Virus record (IMG/VR): IMGVR_UViG_3300028833_000061
Coordinates: 1-64,000 of that record
Origin: a virus
Taxonomy: Duplodnaviria > Caudoviricetes
Direction: 5' to 3' (one strand)
DNA: 64,000 bases
Shown: positions 18,439 through 28,465 of the stretch, piece after piece
How the letters are laid out: each line of letters opens with the position of its first letter
Position numbering within the stretch: position 1 is the stretch's first letter
The notes under the pieces: generated by a model
Database searches by the model: none
The model's input: only the letters and a program-made list of their open reading frames with translations
Told to the model about the DNA's origin: nothing
Translations under genes and position numbers: made by a program

Positions 18439-19419
18439 TTAAACCTTTACCAGTCCGAACTCGTCTTCCATGAATCCTGATTCAGGATTGTATTTGTACT
18501 TCTTGTCCTCTTTCACTACGTTGTCCTTCACATCTACTGTAGTGAATGACACGTTCTTCGTTTCCTCTTCAGGCAGCTGCTTGGCAACATAAGGCACCAA
18601 GCCGTCTGGCTGCCTCACTGGATACACCGGCCGAGCTGCAACCTCCTGCTTTGTATCGGCAAGGAACACCAAGCCCATAAGACCCAATGCCTCGATCTCG
18701 AACTGCGTGCCTGGATAGTAGCATTCCACCGATTTGCCGTCCCAGGCCAATGTAAATTTGCTGTCCGGGTCTGGCGTAAAGGTGAATCCGTCGCCTTCAA
18801 TAGGTAAAATAATGGTAATGCTGAACTCGTCCTGGATAACGGCAGCAACAGTCATGCGGATAGTCCCGTTGCCTAGCTTCATGGCTATACGCTTCTTCTG
18901 AGACAGGAATCTCTCCAGCCTGGAGTCAGCCTTCTTGACAGGGACATCCTCCACAACTTCGGCCTGCTTACGGGCCTTTTCCACGTTGGCTATTGTCGCA
19001 GCCACGTACTGTGCAATGGCTGCATTTATATCAACCTGGGGCTCTTTTTTAGCCCTTGGCTTCCTCTTGACGGCAGCCACAGGCTTCTCCTCAACGTCGT
19101 CAAGTGACAGAGGATCAAGGTCGTCTGGTCCATTCTGGCCAATCTGGACGTCCTTCATCTCGACTGGAAACGCAGGACCGCCAGAAGCCAGCTTCTCCCT
19201 GTACTTCTTGAGAGCCGCATCTCCGCTCTTTGGCTTCACTCCCTTCTCTGACTTGGGATACTGCACGGCCCACGGAGGTATGACACCCTTCTGCTTTCCA
19301 GCCTCGCTTTCTGCGTGCGGAATGCAGATCTTGGACATGATCTCCTCGGCCCTGGGATCGTCTGGATCCAGGTCCATCAGGGTCTTCATCTCCTTCTTGC
19401 CAGGTTCCTTGATCGCCAT
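18439..19419 (-). CDS. Hypothetical protein
   Basis: 326-aa ORF in gene run. Confidence 0.7.
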   Translation of the reverse strand: MAIKEPGKKEMKTLMDLDPDDPRAEEIMSKICIPHAESEAGKQKGVIPPWAVQYPKSEKGVKPKSGDAALKKYREKLASGGPAFPVEMKDVQIGQNGPDDLDPLSLDDVEEKPVAAVKRKPRAKKEPQVDINAAIAQYVAATIANVEKARKQAEVVEDVPVKKADSRLERFLSQKKRIAMKLGNGTIRMTVAAVIQDEFSITIILPIEGDGFTFTPDPDSKFTLAWDGKSVECYYPGTQFEIEALGLMGLVFLADTKQEVAARPVYPVRQPDGLVPYVAKQLPEEETKNVSFTTVDVKDNVVKEDKKYKYNPESGFMEDEFGLVKV

Positions 19420-19724
19420 CAGATCAACCCCTTTCTGCTGTAGTCATTGCTCCAATTCTTCATCAAATACGGCTTCTTGACCGAGGCCAGAGCCTGTTTA
19501 AGTGTCTTTTTCCTGTATGCGTTCTCGCTGCAGTACTTCTCGCACTCCCACTCGTCGTCGAAACCCATCACATACTTGTACGTGTGCTTGTCTATCGCAT
19601 AGAAATCGAATCGCCAGTCGTCGCAGTCCTCGACGTCGGAATAATCCTGGCTGGCTGAATCCAGCCAATCCAGATCACTGTCCCTTGCCGTCTCGTTTGT
19701 CTTCAGTCCCGCTTTGCTTCTCAT
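19419..19724 (-). CDS. Hypothetical protein
   Basis: Coupled ORF. Confidence 0.55.
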   Translation of the reverse strand: MRSKAGLKTNETARDSDLDWLDSASQDYSDVEDCDDWRFDFYAIDKHTYKYVMGFDDEWECEKYCSENAYRKKTLKQALASVKKPYLMKNWSNDYSRKGLI

Positions 19725-20229
19725 TTAACTTCCTCATCATGTCCAGCTTTGCATTCAAGGCCATCGCCTCCCTTAGATTCTTCGGCTTCTGGCCAATGGT
19801 AACGTTCATTGCTGCAATGTCGAAACGTCCTGCGTTCCTTACTTCGTTGATCTTTTCCATCGAAGTCTCGCCTGCAACCATCTTCTCGAACTCCTTGTTG
19901 GAAGACACGAACTCATGATATTCCTTCAGCTTGGCAGATCGTTCAGCGGCCTCCTTTGCAGCCTTGGCCTTCATGCCACCTGGATCGTCAAGTGCAGACT
20001 GTATCTCCTTCATGTCGAATTTGCAGGCGGCCGCGTGGCGATCTAGCAACTGTGACAACTGTGACAGCTCCTTGTCTGACAAGATCAACCCCAACTTCTG
20101 GTCGTTGCCCAGTACTTCAGTCAAAACAGCCGACAGCATTGGCAAATCAGCCGATTTGTCGCCAGGAGACAACGTTCTTCTAGCGTGCAAGCAGTATTTT
20201 GGTATTTTTGTCTGATTCTGAAAACGCAT
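19675..20229 (-). CDS. Hypothetical protein
   Basis: 184-aa ORF. Confidence 0.6.
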   Translation of the reverse strand: MRFQNQTKIPKYCLHARRTLSPGDKSADLPMLSAVLTEVLGNDQKLGLILSDKELSQLSQLLDRHAAACKFDMKEIQSALDDPGGMKAKAAKEAAERSAKLKEYHEFVSSNKEFEKMVAGETSMEKINEVRNAGRFDIAAMNVTIGQKPKNLREAMALNAKLDMMRKLNEKQSGTEDKRDGKGQ

Positions 20230-20281
20230 CTTCTAAAGCCCTGTTTCTAGAAAATGAGACATTTTGCCATAGTCGATGGAG

Positions 20282-20848
20282 TCAAAATGCCCTACCATGT
20301 GGTTTGACAGTGGGCTCTTTTGGCACTTGAGTCACTCTGTCATACACTCGTTTCTTTTCTGCCACTACACGGGCCAATACGTCGTCATAGTAAGGCGACT
20401 TGACGATTCGATTCTTGAACTTCCTTACGCTATGCTCTCCCTTCGGGAGGACGATGTACAAGGCGTTGGGTCTGCCCATTCCCTGTATACGCCTGCCGTA
20501 GGCCAGCTTCCTTAGATACTTGAGCTTGCACAATGTGCGAATATCCTTGCCGTATATGATAGAAGGGGCATGGGATGTGGACTTGTCCGTAGGCGGATGC
20601 AGCTTGCCTGTGCACAGCTGGTGCAGATCGAACATGGTAAGAGCTCGATTGGATTCGAGTATAAGCTTCATGAACGTGATGTACCTTGACGCCTTCTTGG
20701 ATTCAGGAGGGCCGAAGCATGCGAACGTGTTCTTAGTGTCTTCGGTAAGTGACTTGTAGCCTGCAGGCACGATAACGCCGCATACCTTCCTGCGGACGAC
20801 CTTCTTCCTTGGCCGTCCCTTTCCCTCCAGTGAATCCAGAAAGCCCAT
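20282..20848 (-). CDS. Basic protein with probable winged-helix DNA-binding domain
   Basis: ALTMFDL...IRTLCKLKYL...GRPNALY pattern. Confidence 0.45.
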   Translation of the reverse strand: MGFLDSLEGKGRPRKKVVRRKVCGVIVPAGYKSLTEDTKNTFACFGPPESKKASRYITFMKLILESNRALTMFDLHQLCTGKLHPPTDKSTSHAPSIIYGKDIRTLCKLKYLRKLAYGRRIQGMGRPNALYIVLPKGEHSVRKFKNRIVKSPYYDDVLARVVAEKKRVYDRVTQVPKEPTVKPHGRAF

Positions 20849-20850
20849 GG

Positions 20851-21642
20851 CTACCCCTTCACGATGTCCTGTGCTTCCTTTGCAGACTTGACAAGCTTCG
20901 AGGCGTCGACGGAACTAGGAAGTATGATGTCCCCGTCGCCCTCGAACGACACCTGGCCGGGATACTGGCGCTTCATGTCGGAGATGTATCCTTCCGTCAT
21001 TCTCCTGGAAGCATCTCCAAGGGCCTCGATGTCCTGTATGGTCTGTGCGGACGCGTCCGTGTTGAACACGAAGCCAGACGGCCTGGATCCGTCGAACACC
21101 ATCGTGATCATGATGTTCTTGAGCTCGGAATGCTCCGCAAGAAGGGTGCATGTCTTCTGAAGCTCGAGAACGGCGTGGCGCGGATCGAGATACTGCGATG
21201 CCAGGAACTTCATCAGCTCGCGCTTCTCCATGCCCTCCTTCGGCTGGAACAGGTTCCTGATGGGCTTCTCGCCAGGCCCGGGAAGATCGGACTTCTTGGG
21301 ATCCTCCTTTATGTAGATGCTGTACTTGCCGCTGTCCGGCATCGTGTTCAGAACATCCAGAAGCCTGTATACCGCCCTGTACGACTGCACGGTCGTGACG
21401 TTGCCGTTCCCATCGTCGTGAACGATGTCGGCCTGGTCGGACAGAACGACGCGCCTGTGCGGCCTCGTCATCAGATCGGGCTGCTTCTCGTCGACGATGT
21501 CAGCCTTTCCGTCCTCGACGTTCTTGATGGCCTCTCTGGCCATCTTCTTTAGCATCTCGCGACGCTCCGCGTCTGTCAGCTCCTTCTTTTCGGTGTTTTC
21601 TGTATTCTCTGTTTTGTCGTTATTGGTGTTATTCGTTTCCAT
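20851..21642 (-). CDS. Hypothetical protein
   Basis: 263-aa ORF with strong GC3 codon bias. Confidence 0.7.
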   Translation of the reverse strand: METNNTNNDKTENTENTEKKELTDAERREMLKKMAREAIKNVEDGKADIVDEKQPDLMTRPHRRVVLSDQADIVHDDGNGNVTTVQSYRAVYRLLDVLNTMPDSGKYSIYIKEDPKKSDLPGPGEKPIRNLFQPKEGMEKRELMKFLASQYLDPRHAVLELQKTCTLLAEHSELKNIMITMVFDGSRPSGFVFNTDASAQTIQDIEALGDASRRMTEGYISDMKRQYPGQVSFEGDGDIILPSSVDASKLVKSAKEAQDIVKG

Positions 21643-21790
21643 TCGTCATCTCCTCTGTTTCTTGATTGTCATTAAGATCAAACCACGTTCCTTCGAATTC
21701 CCCTGCCATGATAAGGAAGAAGAACAGTATCACCATGCCGGATATGAAGTATCCGATCAGCCTAGCCGTCTTTCTCGTGCGGCTCACCAT
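21629..21790 (-). CDS. Small membrane protein (not in ORF track)
   Basis: MVSRTRKTARLIGYFISGMVILFFFLIMAG... fills gap between genes. Confidence 0.45.
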   Translation of the reverse strand: MVSRTRKTARLIGYFISGMVILFFFLIMAGEFEGTWFDLNDNQETEEMTNGNE

Positions 21791-22151
21791 CTCGTCCAGT
21801 TCCATTTATTCCATTCATCTCCTTGTCGTGTTTCTCGCAGTACTTCTCGTAAACCTCGTAAAACTTGTCTCTATCGATATTTCCCTTTCCAAGATCCCAT
21901 GATGCATATATCACGTGTGCGAACGAGCCTCCTTCGACCCTGAAGTCGTCCATTGCGTTCCATCTTCTTTCGGCCTCTTCCTTGGTATCCGCAAGCCATG
22001 TCCTGGGATTGACAGGACAGTACTTGTAGTCGCATACCAATTCGTATCCTTCCCTGATCTCCGGAGCCCACAAACTATCTTCTGCGGGATAGTAGTGCCG
22101 CTCTTCTCTGCGAAAGTGCGGAAACATACCGCAAAACGGACATGCGTTCAT
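21762..22151 (-). CDS. Lar-family restriction-alleviation-like Zn-ribbon protein
   Basis: ACPFCG...VC...C...TKEEAERRWN. Confidence 0.7.
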   Translation of the reverse strand: MNACPFCGMFPHFRREERHYYPAEDSLWAPEIREGYELVCDYKYCPVNPRTWLADTKEEAERRWNAMDDFRVEGGSFAHVIYASWDLGKGNIDRDKFYEVYEKYCEKHDKEMNGINGTGRDGEPHEKDG

Positions 22152-22568
22152 CTAATGGCTCTCCCTCCACAGCCTTGAATCTACCGGCGGACCGCCATAC
22201 CTGTCACAGATCTCACGTACAGATGGGTTGAACTTCTTCCAGTTGTTCTTGTGGCCGAGCACAAGATGGCACGATCTGCAGAGCACGATTATGTTGGTCG
22301 GTTCGTTGGCTAATTCTGGAGCCGCCAACTGGCTGATTATGTGATGCCGATTCAGATTGACCTTGCCTGTACAGAACGAACACTCCCTCATAGGATGCTG
22401 CGTGTATCTCCATGCAGAATTTACAGGTGCTCCGTACACATAGCACTCAGCTCCTTGCACGTTGCGATTTACGCATGCACGAACAGTTAGGCATATTAAT
22501 GTGATGATGATTATAGACATCATCACGTCGCAGAATCTCTCAGGACTTATCTTTCGCATCAGATTCAC
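22152..22568 (-). CDS. HNH endonuclease with N-terminal hydrophobic segment
   Basis: CSFC...HHI...PEL...NIIVLCRSCH...GH. Confidence 0.75.
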   Translation of the reverse strand: MNLMRKISPERFCDVMMSIIIITLICLTVRACVNRNVQGAECYVYGAPVNSAWRYTQHPMRECSFCTGKVNLNRHHIISQLAAPELANEPTNIIVLCRSCHLVLGHKNNWKKFNPSVREICDRYGGPPVDSRLWRESH

Positions 22569-23193
22569 CTTCTGAGGTTTTAGCCGCTACAGAACTGTCG
22601 GAGTCGGAGCTGAACACGGCATCGTGAGCAAGATACTCGACCAAAGCCTCGTCGCTCTTCCCCAGACAGCGTCCAAGGTTGTCCTTCAGGAACGTGCACC
22701 ATCTCTTTCCCAGCCCGTTATATGCCTCGGGCGAAAACTTGAGAGTATCCCTGTTGCCTGTGATATCGAGGTTCAGAGCGTAATCCCTTCCCTCGACAGG
22801 AAGCAGCTTGGCTATCGTCTCATACACCGAGCTTACGTCGGCGCCCTCTACGAGCCGAGCCTTGTTTCCTTCAGAATCAGTGACTACAAAGCTGAACGGC
22901 TTCTCGTCCTCGTAGTTGAACTTGACGCTAGAAATACCGACGGCATGCAGTATGTCGGCAAAATGCTGCGAGAACGTATACGCCAGTCTCTGTGCCTCCT
23001 GAGGAGCCCCGTCAGGAAGAGACACGGCTCCAGGGACGTACTTGATCGAGTCTCCGCTTCTGATATCAACTACAGTGAACTTGTCTATGCCGACAGCCTT
23101 TATAAGATTTATTACTGCATCTGCCACACGAGTCTCGTACTCGTTGTTGTCCTTGAATTCCTTGGTATCCTCGTATCCTATGTTCGTAGTCAT
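22540..23193 (-). CDS. Hypothetical protein
   Basis: 217-aa ORF. Confidence 0.65.
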   Translation of the reverse strand: MTTNIGYEDTKEFKDNNEYETRVADAVINLIKAVGIDKFTVVDIRSGDSIKYVPGAVSLPDGAPQEAQRLAYTFSQHFADILHAVGISSVKFNYEDEKPFSFVVTDSEGNKARLVEGADVSSVYETIAKLLPVEGRDYALNLDITGNRDTLKFSPEAYNGLGKRWCTFLKDNLGRCLGKSDEALVEYLAHDAVFSSDSDSSVAAKTSEGESDAKDKS

Positions 23194-23471
23194 TTAGTGA
23201 CCTCCCATGGTTGTTCGTCTACAGTGCACTTTCCGCAAGCGATTTCTAGATCCTCGACCCTGCCCTTCAGCATGTCCACCTCTTGCTCGAGAATGTGTAT
23301 CCTGGTCGCGCAAAGCAGGAGCTTGTCTGCAGTATTCGGCTCTACCTTTACAAACTCAGCTCTATGCTCCTTTTTTTCGGCTGCATAATAGCCTATAGAA
23401 AGCACAATCACGACAGGCACCGCAATGCTCAGGATGCCCATCACAATATCGTCTATGCCTGCTTTATGCAT
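23190..23471 (-). CDS. Membrane-anchored coiled-coil protein
   Basis: N-terminal TM segment, heptad C-terminus. Confidence 0.55.
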   Translation of the reverse strand: MHKAGIDDIVMGILSIAVPVVIVLSIGYYAAEKKEHRAEFVKVEPNTADKLLLCATRIHILEQEVDMLKGRVEDLEIACGKCTVDEQPWEVTK

Positions 23472-23691
23472 CTGCCTTCACCAGCTTTGGTTCGCCATCC
23501 TTGCGAAGCTTGATCCTGTAGGATGCCTCAACGTTATCTCCATCTATGAACCTGATGATCGGTCCTGCGCACTCTCCGCCGAAGTATATAGGCTGGAGAG
23601 TGATCGTTCCCTTTTCCTTGTCCTGTCCGACGAGTGTCATGTCACCGTCGGACGGCATCACGATCTGGACGTTCTTCATGCTCAGAACCAC
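23464..23691 (-). CDS. Hypothetical protein
   Basis: Coupled ORF. Confidence 0.5.
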   Translation of the reverse strand: MVLSMKNVQIVMPSDGDMTLVGQDKEKGTITLQPIYFGGECAGPIIRFIDGDNVEASYRIKLRKDGEPKLVKADA

Positions 23692-24284
23692 TTGATCATG
23701 TTCTTCTTGCCTGACTTCTTGGCCTTCTTGGCTTCCTTGACTGACACCTTCATCTCGACCTTCGGCTTCTTGACGAAGCGGCCGTTCTTGTCACGGTAAG
23801 GACCTGTGACCTTCAGATAGCCGGAAGTGATGACAGGCTTGCCTTTCTTTGCCTTCTTGTCGGCAAGCTTCTCGGCCTTCTGGACAGTCTTGTCGAAGTC
23901 CGCGAACGCCTTGTCGATCTCCTTGAATCCTTCGTCGATCTTCTGCTTGCGCTTCTCGATGGTCGCAACCGCATAACCGATGCTGCGAGCCATGCCCAGC
24001 TGCATAGCAAGCTTGGCGTCGTTTACTTCCTTCTCGAAGCCAGGAGCGATATACCCTAGATCGCCGTCGGCAATCTCCTTGCAGACGGTGAGTCCCTTGT
24101 TCGTATGGCAAACGATGAAGCCGACCGCATTGTAAACGCGGGCCTTCTCCTCGTTGTTGAGCTTCTCGACCTCTTCAAGGGCCATGTTCTGAGCCTTGTT
24201 GAAAGCGGTGCAGCTGATCTTCTCGGGATCGTTATTGAGAATCTCTTCGAGCTTTTCTTCGGTGTTCATTTTCTTGATTTTCAT
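23682..24284 (-). CDS. Lys-rich hypothetical protein
   Basis: 200-aa ORF, AACC-rich leader, RDKNGRF motif. Confidence 0.65.
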   Translation of the reverse strand: MKIKKMNTEEKLEEILNNDPEKISCTAFNKAQNMALEEVEKLNNEEKARVYNAVGFIVCHTNKGLTVCKEIADGDLGYIAPGFEKEVNDAKLAMQLGMARSIGYAVATIEKRKQKIDEGFKEIDKAFADFDKTVQKAEKLADKKAKKGKPVITSGYLKVTGPYRDKNGRFVKKPKVEMKVSVKEAKKAKKSGKKNMIKWF

Positions 24285-24309
24285 TTTGGTTGATTTGGTT
24301 GGTCGATGG

Positions 24310-25041
24310 TTACTTGTGTTCGTACATGTAGTCTCTCTTGTGGTCTGGCTTAAGATGCCATTTCCCGTCCTTGCCCTTTATGGTGTCAGGCTCGACGTCT
24401 ATATGTCCGGCCGGAACCTGGATTCCTGCAAGGATCCTGTGGATCGCGTATATCGGATTATCGATCGTGGCATGCGTAATGGCCTCCTTCGTGATCCTGA
24501 TCCTCTCCCTTGCTGTCGTGTCTGGAGTCACCTTTGACATGATCTCCTCCTCGATCTTCTTATCGATAGTATCGAGATACTCCTTGAACTCTGGTGTGTA
24601 GAACCTGCTGACGTCAGACCTATAGTTGACGAAGTCGAGATAACCCTCCTTGTCGTCTTCGGTCGGCTCCTCCCCTTCCTGTGGCTCATAATACACTTCC
24701 ACAGGACGGCCGCGACGACGATCTAGTTCCTTCATGCAGCCGTCGAACGGAATGTCCTTGATCGAGTTATAGATGTCGACCAGGTGATTGACGAGTCCAT
24801 GCGTATCGACGAACTGGAACATCGTAAGTTCGTGCAGCTTTATTAGCTTGGACGTCTTGTTGATGAACGCCTGCTCGATCTGCTCGTCGGACTCTAGCTT
24901 CTCCTTCTTGTTCTCTATCGCGACTCGAATCGTGCCGACGGCCTGCTCGTATATGCAGCAGAACGCCCTGGCGCATTCGTCGACCGGCTTGTCGAGATCA
25001 AGAAGATACTCGAACAGCGGATGTAGCTTTGTCTCTCCCAT
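24310..25041 (-). CDS. Hypothetical protein
   Basis: Start reassigned to MGETKLH (TAATG overlap). Confidence 0.65.
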   Translation of the reverse strand: MGETKLHPLFEYLLDLDKPVDECARAFCCIYEQAVGTIRVAIENKKEKLESDEQIEQAFINKTSKLIKLHELTMFQFVDTHGLVNHLVDIYNSIKDIPFDGCMKELDRRRGRPVEVYYEPQEGEEPTEDDKEGYLDFVNYRSDVSRFYTPEFKEYLDTIDKKIEEEIMSKVTPDTTARERIRITKEAITHATIDNPIYAIHRILAGIQVPAGHIDVEPDTIKGKDGKWHLKPDHKRDYMYEHK

Positions 25042-25718
25042 TAGAAGCACTCCTGTCTTTCCACTATCAGTGGCATGTGGTCCCTGTTTGTGTCGTTTGT
25101 CATTTGTTCGAGGCTGCGCTCGATATTGTACGAGACGTGCTCGTCGGCCTCCTCCATGGTCATTCCACTGTTCCTGTACAGCTGCTGCACCATTGCGTCG
25201 CGGTCGTATATGACACGGCCCTTGGAATGATCTATTCCGATGATGGCGGGGAAGAACATAGTACGACTGCGCTGGTCGCCTATTAGAATGGCCCCCTTGC
25301 ACTCCTCGTCCAGCTTCTTCGCCATCTCCTCCCTGGTGATGACGCCAACCCCCATCATAACGGGGGTGTCATCCTTCTCTTCGCTTACCTTGCCCTCTGT
25401 CGTGTTGTCGCCAAGTGGTTCACTGTCTCCTGGCGTATTGGAAACAATAACATCGTAAGTCATCTCGAACTCTTTGCCGTCGACGATGTCGTACTCCTTG
25501 CCGTCGAAGACAAGGTAGTCGCCAGTCACTCCCTTCATTGGAACTGATACGACGTCGTCCGTGATCAGGTTCGGAAGCTCGAATACAGCCTCCTCGTTCT
25601 CGCCTTTCTTGATGATCACCTGGCGAGTAGAGACAAGAGACGCAACCCACTCGGGAATGTCGTCTCCTATCCTGTGCGCCAGGACCTTCGGACTGTATCT
25701 GTAGTTGTACTGTGTCAT
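25041..25718 (-). CDS. Hypothetical two-domain phage protein
   Basis: 225-aa ORF. Confidence 0.65.
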   Translation of the reverse strand: MTQYNYRYSPKVLAHRIGDDIPEWVASLVSTRQVIIKKGENEEAVFELPNLITDDVVSVPMKGVTGDYLVFDGKEYDIVDGKEFEMTYDVIVSNTPGDSEPLGDNTTEGKVSEEKDDTPVMMGVGVITREEMAKKLDEECKGAILIGDQRSRTMFFPAIIGIDHSKGRVIYDRDAMVQQLYRNSGMTMEEADEHVSYNIERSLEQMTNDTNRDHMPLIVERQECF

Positions 25719-26350
25719 TTGGTTTCGCTTGTCTTGTAGATTCCCTTGATCGGTTTCTCTTCCTTCGGCCAGTTTTGCATGAACTGGTATTCTGCCGACT
25801 TAGGCGTTGCAGCCCTTATCACGCAGTCAACCTTTCTTCCGTCCTTCGTGTAACCTGTGATCCTGTAGCACGGCAGCTTGCCTATATGCGTCTCGTATTC
25901 TCTGTGAAGATTGTCCTCTATCTCGTACAGCTTGTTGCGATCCTTGCAGTCCAGATCCTTTCCTGCGTTCTCGATGCAGTACTTGTACTTCTCTGATCTG
26001 TTAGTCCTTAACCATTCTGCAAACCAGATGCCTCCCTTGTGCGCAGACCACTTTCCCATCTTGTGGCACTTCGGACAGAGGGATATGCCGTTGCGCGGAT
26101 CGAAGCGCAGACCGTAGAACATCTGGCGAGGCATGATGTGATGCGCATTGAGCGGAGCCTGGCTTGTGTGCTCCTTGCCGCATATCTCGCACTTGTGGTT
26201 TCCAAGGGCGTGCACGATAGTTGCCCATTTCTTGTACAGCCTGGTTGTGATGGTCTTGGTCGATTCCTTGCGAGCCTTGTGCAGCTTAGGAATCCTGACC
26301 TTCTTGTGCAAAGCGTCTAGCGCCTTGGCGGTGATGGTTGCTGTATCCAT
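25715..26350 (-). CDS. HNH endonuclease (NinG-like)
   Basis: CEICG...LNAHHI...LRFDPRNGISLCPKCH. Confidence 0.8.
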   Translation of the reverse strand: MDTATITAKALDALHKKVRIPKLHKARKESTKTITTRLYKKWATIVHALGNHKCEICGKEHTSQAPLNAHHIMPRQMFYGLRFDPRNGISLCPKCHKMGKWSAHKGGIWFAEWLRTNRSEKYKYCIENAGKDLDCKDRNKLYEIEDNLHREYETHIGKLPCYRITGYTKDGRKVDCVIRAATPKSAEYQFMQNWPKEEKPIKGIYKTSETK

Positions 26351-26440
26351 GGTTTGGTTGGGAACGGCGCCTAAGATATAATATACTTAAAAGTAAGTCA
26401 AGAACTTTTTATAAGTCGTTATATAATAGCTAAAAAAGAT

Positions 26441-26465
26441 AAAAAAGGCCGGCAGAGCCGGCCTT
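26441..26465 (-). terminator. Rho-independent terminator
   Basis: AAGGCCGGC-aga-GCCGGCCTT stem followed by T-run on minus strand. Confidence 0.8.
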
Positions 26466-26470
26466 ACGCC

Positions 26471-26713
26471 TTAGAAGTACTCCTCGTCGTCGACGGTTTC
26501 CTTCTTATCGCGTTTCTTTGGATCAGAAGGAATGAATGTCCTCCATTCGGGGCAGAAGGAAACGCTCATCGCGTATCCTTTGCCGTGCCATCGCGCGAGC
26601 TCTCGGATCAATCCGATTACTCCGCACTCGGCATAATAGGGGACGTTGTCGTCGCCCTCGTCCCAGACAACCACCATGAAGAGGTGGAACTTCTTTCGGA
26701 GTTGTTTTTTCAT
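26471..26713 (-). CDS. Hypothetical early protein
   Basis: Lies between promoter motif and terminator. Confidence 0.55.
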   Translation of the reverse strand: MKKQLRKKFHLFMVVVWDEGDDNVPYYAECGVIGLIRELARWHGKGYAMSVSFCPEWRTFIPSDPKKRDKKETVDDEEYF

Positions 26714-26746
26714 GTTCGTTTCCCTTCGTTAAATGGCCTTTCGGCT

Positions 26747-26761
26747 CAATTAGTTATAACG
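26747..26761 (-). promoter_or_regulatory. Phage promoter/operator motif CGTTATAACTAATTG
   Basis: Identical copy at 35188-35202, one-mismatch copy at 28385-28399; all intergenic. Confidence 0.7.
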
Positions 26762-26785
26762 TCAAACACGTATTATTTAACAGCT

Positions 26786-26824
26786 AAAAAAAAATCCCCG
26801 ACATCCATTTCTGGATGCCGGGGA
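26786..26824 (-). terminator. Rho-independent terminator
   Basis: TCCCCGGCATCCA/TGGATGTCGGGGA stem plus T9. Confidence 0.85.
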
Positions 26825-26837
26825 GAGCAGTACGCGA

Positions 26838-27503
26838 CTAGATATGGTCGCGCACGCGGAGGTTCCGCCTGACGGCTTCCTCGTACGGCACGAGGTCGCC
26901 GTCGTTGAGGCCGGACATATCCGGCTCGACGTCCTGAGGACCGGGATAGGCTGAGGCGAGAACCCAGCCGGCATCCTCTTCTCCTGTCGTGTTGTACACG
27001 ACGACGGAGAATTCCCGGGTAGGCTCTGGCTTGATGTCGTCCCAGTGCCCGTTGAGGACAGCGACGGGGATGAGTCCGTGACCACGGGGATCCTTCTTGA
27101 TCGTGATCCCCGCGTTCCACGGGACGACGCGTGGGAAGTAGGTTCCAACGATCTCGTCGGTCTTCTTCACATGCAGGACGAGAGCCTTGTCGCGGCCGCC
27201 GTGGCCGGCTTCCAGCGTGATCTCGTCCGTCTCGTCGAGCTGCGGGATGCCTGCCTGCTCCGGCGAGGGAGCGAAGAAGCGGGAGGAGTAGTCCTCCTTC
27301 TCTCCATCTGCGAGCGGACGGTGCCGAGCGAGCGGGTCGTAGCCCTCGAAGGCGTGGTGGAGGATGTTGCCTCTCGCGATGGAGAGCAGCTCCTCGGCCT
27401 GTGCCTTGGTGATCTTGGCGGGAAGCTCCTTGATCTCGCCGATGAAGGCGGGGAGCGGGAGTTGGGTGGTGGGGGTGTTGTTGTTCATGGTGTTGTTATC
27501 CAT
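26838..27503 (-). CDS. Hypothetical early protein
   Basis: High-GC3 ORF, AAC-rich leader. Confidence 0.7.
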   Translation of the reverse strand: MDNNTMNNNTPTTQLPLPAFIGEIKELPAKITKAQAEELLSIARGNILHHAFEGYDPLARHRPLADGEKEDYSSRFFAPSPEQAGIPQLDETDEITLEAGHGGRDKALVLHVKKTDEIVGTYFPRVVPWNAGITIKKDPRGHGLIPVAVLNGHWDDIKPEPTREFSVVVYNTTGEEDAGWVLASAYPGPQDVEPDMSGLNDGDLVPYEEAVRRNLRVRDHI

Positions 27504-27557
27504 GGTTGTGTCTTGTTGGTTGTTGTGGGTTGTTTGCAAAGATCAAACTGGAGGCAG

Positions 27558-27917
27558 TCATCTCTCTATCAGCCATGTTATGGCCGAGGTGAAGCAAGAC
27601 AGCCCCACCAGCAGCGAGATGACTTCAGCGACTCCATTGCGGATGTCGCGCCAACGCGCGGACTGGATCATCCCGCACTGGAACCAGCCGAGTGTCCAGC
27701 TGGCGATCCATGACAGTATGTAGTACAGTCCGAGCGTTGTGAAGGCGAATGCGACGATTGTAGTGATCTTGCCGAACACGTTCGGCTGGATCGACCACAA
27801 GGCACATATGCCTATGATCCCAAAGGACAAGTAGGCCAGAACCACAAGCGCGATGACGATGTGGATGGCGAGGAGGATCCTTTCGCCCTTTTGGTTTGGT
27901 GCGAGTTCTGTTTTCAT
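27558..27917 (-). CDS. Membrane protein (about 3 TM segments)
   Basis: Three hydrophobic stretches. Confidence 0.65.
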   Translation of the reverse strand: MKTELAPNQKGERILLAIHIVIALVVLAYLSFGIIGICALWSIQPNVFGKITTIVAFAFTTLGLYYILSWIASWTLGWFQCGMIQSARWRDIRNGVAEVISLLVGLSCFTSAITWLIER

Positions 27918-28309
27918 TTGTTGAGTTTCTTTTTCAGCTCGGCGACAACCGAACGAAGATCGGCGAGCTTCTTGTTGTTAGCAATGATCTGCGCGAGAAT
28001 CGCGCGACCATCTGCCGTCTTTATGACGCCGGAGCCTCCTTCGACTTTCTCGAGTTTCTCGACGAGGTTGTCAGTCTCCTTGCGAAGATTTGACAGCTCC
28101 TCGACTTTGCGTCCGAGCTTGAAGGAAAGCTCCTTAGTCCTTGCTGCTGCCTTCTGTCTGCGCTCGAAGAGATTGAGCGCGGCGAAGGCTCCTGCCATGT
28201 CGCCAAGAACTACGATTGGCGCCTGTGGCAGAGGACCGTCGTAGTGGTATGGTTTCCATTCGTGCTGTTTCCCAGCACCAGGCACTTTGATGATGCGACC
28301 GTGTCCCAT
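27914..28309 (-). CDS. Coiled-coil hypothetical protein
   Basis: Coupled ORF downstream of promoter motif. Confidence 0.6.
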   Translation of the reverse strand: MGHGRIIKVPGAGKQHEWKPYHYDGPLPQAPIVVLGDMAGAFAALNLFERRQKAAARTKELSFKLGRKVEELSNLRKETDNLVEKLEKVEGGSGVIKTADGRAILAQIIANNKKLADLRSVVAELKKKLNK

Positions 28310-28384
28310 TGTCTGTGTGGTAAGACTTAGGGGTTATGACCTTTCTCAGTAAGATCGAAAAACTGGAAGATGCACCTGCACCTT

Positions 28385-28399
28385 CAAATAGTTATAACG
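28385..28399 (-). promoter_or_regulatory. Phage promoter/operator motif CGTTATAACTATTTG
   Basis: Repeat of the 26747/35188 motif. Confidence 0.7.
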
Positions 28400-28431
28400 C
28401 TATTTAACTATAAAATTAAAAGGTAAAAGCT

Positions 28432-28460
28432 AAAGAAAAGGGCGGAGGATGTCCGCCCTT
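28432..28460 (-). terminator. Rho-independent terminator
   Basis: AAGGGCGGA/TCCGCCCTT stem plus T-rich tail. Confidence 0.8.
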
Positions 28461-28465
28461 CTATG

